A DNA stretch of 64,000 nucleotides from an uncultured Gammaproteobacteria bacterium. GTDB taxonomy: Bacteria; Pseudomonadota; Gammaproteobacteria; CAVZZX01. A model generated the notes under the pieces. It was not told where the DNA came from. It saw only the letters and a list, made by a program, of their open reading frames with translations, and did not search any database. This document shows, piece after piece, positions 57,543 through 64,000 of this stretch. Location of the stretch: NCBI GenBank assembly GCA_963779865.1, contig CAVZZX010000003.1:816957-880956 (forward strand), given 5' to 3'. The stretch's first letter is position 1. Each line of letters opens with the position of its first letter. Position numbers and translations under genes: made by a program.

Positions 57543-60500
57543 TGCTGGCGCGGATAATCCAATTCGCCCTTACGCAGCGCGTCTTCATGCTGCTGCTGGT
57601 CGGCGTGCTCGCCGCCGGCGGTATCCTCGCCTGGCGCGGGATCCCGATCGACGCCTTCCCGGACGTGTCCTCGCCGCAGGTGAAGGTGGTCATCAAGGTG
57701 CCGGGCATGACGCCCGAAGAGGTCGAGGCCCGCGTCACCGCCCTGGTCGAGGTCGAGATGCTCGGCATCCCGCAACAGAGGATGCTGCGCTCCACGACCA
57801 AGTATGGCCTGGCCGACATCACCGTGGATTTCGAGGACGGCACGGACATCTACTGGGCGCGCCAGCAGGTCGCCGAGCGGCTCAACGGCGTCTGGCCCGA
57901 GCTGCCCACCGACGCCCAGGGCGGCATGGCGCCGATGACCACGCCGCTGGGCGAGATGTTCATGTTCAGCATCGAGGGCGGCGACCTCAGCTTGATGGAG
58001 CGGCGCACCCTGCTCGACTGGGTGCTCCGCCCCGCCCTGCGCACCGTCCCCGGCGTGGCCGACGTCAACGCCCTGGGCGGCGTGGTCAAGAGCTTCGAGG
58101 TGGTGCCGGACAACGCCCGCATGAACGCGCGCGGCGTGAGCCTGCAGGCGCTGCGCGACGCCCTGGAAAACAACAACCGCAACGACGGCGCCGGGCGCCT
58201 GGTGGAGGGCGAGGAGACCCTGCTCGTGCGCAGCGAAGGGCGCGTCACTTCGGTCGAGGACCTCGGCAACATCGTGGTGAAGGCCACCCCCGAGGTACCC
58301 GTGCGGGTGCGCGACATCGCCACGGTGCAGCTCGGCGCCATGACCCGCTACGGCGCCGTGACCCGCGACGGGAACGGCGAGGCCGTCGAGGGCCTGGTGC
58401 TCGGACTGCGCGGCGCCAACGCCCAGGAGGTGGTCGCGGGCGTGCGCGCCAAGCTGGCCGAGCTCGCGCCCGGCCTGCCGAAGGGCGTCACCATCAGCGC
58501 CTTCTACGACCGCAGCAACCTCGTCGAACACGCCGTGGGCACGGTAAAGGAGGCGCTGACCGAGGCCATCGTACTGGTGCTCATTCTGCTGGTGCTCATG
58601 CTGGGCGACCTGCGTGCGGCGCTCACCGTCGCACTGATCCTGCCGCTGGCCGCGCTGGCCACCTTCATCCTGATGCGCGCCTTCGGGCTGTCGGCCAACC
58701 TGATGAGCCTGGGCGGGCTGGCCATCGCCATCGGCATGCTGGTCGACGCGGCCGTGGTGGTGGTGGAGAACGTGGTCGCCGAACTGGCCGACAGCGGCGA
58801 ACAAAGCCGGCTGCCGCGCCTGCACCTCATCTATCGCGCCGTGCGCGAGGTGGCCGTGCCGGTGACCTCCGGCATCCTGATCATCGTGCTGGTGTTTCTC
58901 CCGCTGCTCACGCTGCAGGGACTGGAGGGCAAGCTGTTCATCCCGGTGGCGCTGACCATCGTCTTCGCCCTGGGCAGCTCGCTGCTGCTCTCTTTGACCG
59001 CCATTCCGGTGCTCGCGTCCTATCTGCTCGGCAAGGTCGGACACGGCGACCCCTGGCTGGTGCGCCAGCTGCACCGGGTGTACGGCCCCACCCTGCAGTG
59101 GTCGCTGCGCCACTCGCGCACGGTCGGCGCCGCCGCCCTGCTCGGGCTCGCCGTCACCGCCGTGGTGTTCACCCAGATCGGCAAGACCTTCATGCCGACC
59201 ATGGACGAGGGCAACGTCATCGTGCAGCTGGAGAAGCTGCCCTCCATCAGCCTGGAGGCGTCGATCGACCTCGACCAGCGCGTGCAGCGTGCCCTCATCA
59301 AGGACGTGCCCGAGGTGGTCGGCGCGGTGGCCCGCACCGGCTCTGACGAGTTGGGCATGGACCCCATGGGACTGAACCAGACGGACACCTTCCTGACCCT
59401 CAAGCCGCGCGAGCAGTGGCAGGCGCCCGACAAGCAGACCCTCATCGACGAGATGCGCAAGGTGCTGCAGGGCTTCCCCGGCATGGCCTACAGCTTCACC
59501 CAGCCCATCCAGATGCGCGTGGACGAGATGCTGACCGGCGTGCGGGGCGACGTGGCGGTGAAGATCTTCGGCGACGACATCGACACCCTGAACAGCAAGG
59601 CCGCCGCCGTTGCCGAGGTGCTGCGCGGCATCCCCGGCAGCGAGGACGTCTTCACCGCGCAGAACTCGGGCGTGCAGTACCTCAAGGCCGACATCGACCG
59701 CACCGCCGCGGGCCGCCTCGGCCTTTCCGTGGACGCGCTCGAGACCATCCTGCGCACCCAGCTCGAGGGCAGCCGCATGGGCACCATCTACGAGGGCAGC
59801 CGCCGTCTGCCCCTGCTGCTGCGCGGCGCCGGCGATCTGCGCAGCTCGCCCGCGGACTTCGGCAACATGCTGCTGACGCTGCCGGACGGCCGGCGGGTGC
59901 CCCTCGCCTCGGTGGCCACGCTGCGCCGCGTCGAGGGGCCGGTGCAGGTCGGCCGCGAGCAGGGCCGGCGCATGACCGTGGTGATCGCCAACGTGCGCGA
60001 ACGTGACATCGTCGGCTACGTCGAGGAGGCGCGGCGCACGGTGATGGACAAGGTGGAATTTCCGGCCGGCTACTACCTGTCCTGGGGCGGCCAGTTCGAG
60101 AACCAGCAGCGCGCCGCGCAGCGGCTCTCGATCATGGTGCCGGCGGCCATCGGCCTGATCTTCCTGCTGCTGTTCGGCACCTTCCGCTCGCTGCGCCAGG
60201 CGCTGCTGGTGCTGCTGAACATCCCCTTCGCGATGATCGGCGGGGTGTTCGCGCTCTGGTTCTCGGGCGAATACCTCTCGGTGCCGGCCTCGGTCGGCTT
60301 TATCGCCCTGCTGGGCATCGCCGTGCTCAATGGTGTGGTGCTGGTCAGCTACTTCAATCAGCTGCGCGCCGGCGGCATGGCACTGGATCGTGTGGTGGTC
60401 GAGGGGGCGCGGCGGCGGCTGCGGCCGGTGATGATGACCGCCAGCATCGCCGCCTTCGGCCTGGTGCCGCTGCTGTTCGCCAGCGGCCCCGGCTCGGAGA

Positions 60501-60625
60501 TCCAGCGCCCGCTGGCGGTGGTCGTCATCGGCGGTCTGGTCACCTCCACACTGCTCACCCTGGTGCTGCTGCCCATCCTCTATCGCCGCTTCGGCTTTGC
60601 CCGTGCGCAGGAGACCACGCCATGA
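57539..60625 (+). CDS. CusA/CzcA family heavy-metal RND permease
   Basis: PIDAFPD, NLMSLGGLAIAIG..VDAAVVVVEN, GKLF.P, RLRPV.MTA, GSEIQRPLA.VVIGG. Confidence 0.93.
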   Translation: MMLARIIQFALTQRVFMLLLVGVLAAGGILAWRGIPIDAFPDVSSPQVKVVIKVPGMTPEEVEARVTALVEVEMLGIPQQRMLRSTTKYGLADITVDFEDGTDIYWARQQVAERLNGVWPELPTDAQGGMAPMTTPLGEMFMFSIEGGDLSLMERRTLLDWVLRPALRTVPGVADVNALGGVVKSFEVVPDNARMNARGVSLQALRDALENNNRNDGAGRLVEGEETLLVRSEGRVTSVEDLGNIVVKATPEVPVRVRDIATVQLGAMTRYGAVTRDGNGEAVEGLVLGLRGANAQEVVAGVRAKLAELAPGLPKGVTISAFYDRSNLVEHAVGTVKEALTEAIVLVLILLVLMLGDLRAALTVALILPLAALATFILMRAFGLSANLMSLGGLAIAIGMLVDAAVVVVENVVAELADSGEQSRLPRLHLIYRAVREVAVPVTSGILIIVLVFLPLLTLQGLEGKLFIPVALTIVFALGSSLLLSLTAIPVLASYLLGKVGHGDPWLVRQLHRVYGPTLQWSLRHSRTVGAAALLGLAVTAVVFTQIGKTFMPTMDEGNVIVQLEKLPSISLEASIDLDQRVQRALIKDVPEVVGAVARTGSDELGMDPMGLNQTDTFLTLKPREQWQAPDKQTLIDEMRKVLQGFPGMAYSFTQPIQMRVDEMLTGVRGDVAVKIFGDDIDTLNSKAAAVAEVLRGIPGSEDVFTAQNSGVQYLKADIDRTAAGRLGLSVDALETILRTQLEGSRMGTIYEGSRRLPLLLRGAGDLRSSPADFGNMLLTLPDGRRVPLASVATLRRVEGPVQVGREQGRRMTVVIANVRERDIVGYVEEARRTVMDKVEFPAGYYLSWGGQFENQQRAAQRLSIMVPAAIGLIFLLLFGTFRSLRQALLVLLNIPFAMIGGVFALWFSGEYLSVPASVGFIALLGIAVLNGVVLVSYFNQLRAGGMALDRVVVEGARRRLRPVMMTASIAAFGLVPLLFASGPGSEIQRPLAVVVIGGLVTSTLLTLVLLPILYRRFGFARAQETTP

Positions 60626-60921
60626 ACGACACCCTCCTTGTCATTGTCGTCACCCCGGACCTGGAGGAGACGGTCGTCGACTGGCTGCTCGGCCAGGAGC
60701 GCCTGCCCGCCTTCACCAGCATGCCCATCAGCGGCCACGGCGTCGGCCCGGGCCAACTGAACGTCGCCGAGCAGGTCGTCGGCCGCCAGCGACAGGTCAT
60801 GTTCCACGTGCTCGCCGAGGGTGATTGGGCCGATGCCCTGCTGGAGGACATGCGGCAGCGCTTCGCCGGCACGGGGATCTCGTACTGGCGCATGCCGCTG
60901 CTCGGCAGCGGGCGGCTGTAG
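60622..60921 (+). CDS. Small PII-like protein of HME-RND operons (DUF3240-like)
   Basis: LEE.VVDWLL, GHG, EQV.GRQ, YW..P; translationally coupled to the permease. Confidence 0.75.
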   Translation: MNDTLLVIVVTPDLEETVVDWLLGQERLPAFTSMPISGHGVGPGQLNVAEQVVGRQRQVMFHVLAEGDWADALLEDMRQRFAGTGISYWRMPLLGSGRL

Positions 60922-60929
60922 AAAGGCAA

Positions 60930-61400
60930 TTCACCGCAGAGGGCGCAGAGAACGCAGAGAAAAGCAGAAGAAGGGATTTACCACAGAGGGCACAGAGGAC
61001 ACAGAGAAGGATAGGACGAGAAGGATTGGAATGGCTTCTGGGTCGTGAACTTCGGGGACAGCGGGCGCGAATGCTCTGGCCGGCAGGCGAATTCGTGAGC
61101 CGCATCAGCCGGCGAAGGCGGAGCCTGTCCTGAGCGAAGACGAAGGGCCTGTCGAAGGGCGAACCGAACGAAGCCGCCCGACGCCCTGAGTCGCCGGCCC
61201 CGCCCGTACTTCGACAGGCTCAGTACGAACGGTGCCTGCTCCCGTGATTCGAAAGGCAGCCGCAGCCGCAAGGAAGGGGCTGCCCGGCACTCTCCGAGCG
61301 CACGAGGGCATCGCTTGGCTCTGCTCCGTGTCCTCTGCGCTCTCTGCGGTGAACAGCTTTTAACAGCTTTCTCTGTGCCCTCTGTGTCCTCTGTGGTGAA
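60930..61400. repeat. Nested inverted-repeat element between convergent genes
   Basis: Two TT(C/T)ACC(G/A)CAGAG-NNN-CAGAG units at 60930-61008, two inverted units at 61323-61400, REP-like copies inside. Confidence 0.75.
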
Positions 61401-61406
61401 CCGTCT

Positions 61407-63434
<2,028 letters not shown>

Positions 63435-63516
63435 GGAGGTTTCTGAGCGCATGCGATTTCCAGTATATTACAACACCCTGTCAACCCAGCTTTGCCACGA
63501 GGACATCGGCTTGGAC

Positions 63517-64000
63517 ATGCAGCTCTCCGAACGGGTCGAACGCATCAAACCGTCGCCCACCCTGGCGGTCACCGCGCGCGCCAAACAGCTCAAGGCCGAG
63601 GGCCGCGACGTCATCGGCCTGGGGGCCGGAGAGCCCGATTTCGACACGCCCGAGCACATCAAGGAGGCGGCGATCGAGGCGATCCGCCGCGGCATGACCA
63701 AGTACACGGCCGTCGACGGCACCGCGGAGCTCAAGCAGGCGATCGTCGGCAAGTTCCGGCGCGACAACGCCCTGGACTACGCGCCGGAGCAGATTCTGGT
63801 GTCCTGCGGGGCCAAGCACAGCATCTACAACCTGATGCAGGCCCTGCTGAACCCGGGCGACGAGGTGATCATCCCCTCACCCTACTGGGTCTCCTACCCC
63901 GCCATGGCGGAGCTGGCCGGCGGTGTGCCGCGGGTCATCGCCACCGGCCTCGAGCAGGGCTTCAAGATCACGCCGGAACAGCTCGCCGGGGCGGTTTCGG
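63517..64000 (+). CDS. PLP-dependent class I aminotransferase (AspC-like), truncated by window end
   Basis: Manual translation MQLSERVERIKPSPTLAVTARAKQLKAEGRDVIGLGAGEPDFDTP...GAK...PGDEVIIPSPYWVSY. Confidence 0.9.
   Translation, partial: MQLSERVERIKPSPTLAVTARAKQLKAEGRDVIGLGAGEPDFDTPEHIKEAAIEAIRRGMTKYTAVDGTAELKQAIVGKFRRDNALDYAPEQILVSCGAKHSIYNLMQALLNPGDEVIIPSPYWVSYPAMAELAGGVPRVIATGLEQGFKITPEQLAGAVS

Noticed and set aside
55156..60921. Metal efflux operon as a novel system
   Set aside because: It has the standard OMF-adaptor-RND-small protein arrangement, and metal specificity cannot be read from the sequence.

Overview
High-GC gammaproteobacterial chromosome window with five blocks. (1) 1-16.4 kb, minus strand: a surface-polysaccharide locus. 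It carries GT2s, a hexapeptide acyltransferase, a GMC oxidoreductase with a Tat-signal partner, Wzm/Wzt, RfbF/SDR/RfbC sugar enzymes, an ExeA-like ATPase, a split Wzc, an outer-membrane beta-barrel, a short OPX/Wza and a PEP-CTERM-like protein. (2) 16.6-28.3 kb, plus strand, divergent from block 1: five paralogous lipoproteins built from about 1-13 Ig/cadherin-like domains. Three end in an intact SGNH hydrolase domain, one in a degenerate domain and one has none. Each gene has its own copy of an identically spaced promoter-like motif, TTGNNN-N16-CATACT. This block is the best candidate for an undescribed system. (3) An MFS gene, then a repeat-rich region containing two split pseudo-tRNA copies downstream of tRNA-Pro(GGG), then the core thrS-infC-rpmI-rplT-pheST-ihfA-merR cluster. 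thrS carries a 1-nt frameshift and infC appears to start at ATC. (4) 38.7-54.6 kb: a catabolic cluster for an unknown hydroxy-acid, sugar-acid or sulfonate, lying between thrS and tRNA-Val(GAC). (5) A heavy-metal RND efflux operon, a nested repeat element, uvrB and a truncated aminotransferase. All calls come from reading motifs by eye; no database searches were run.
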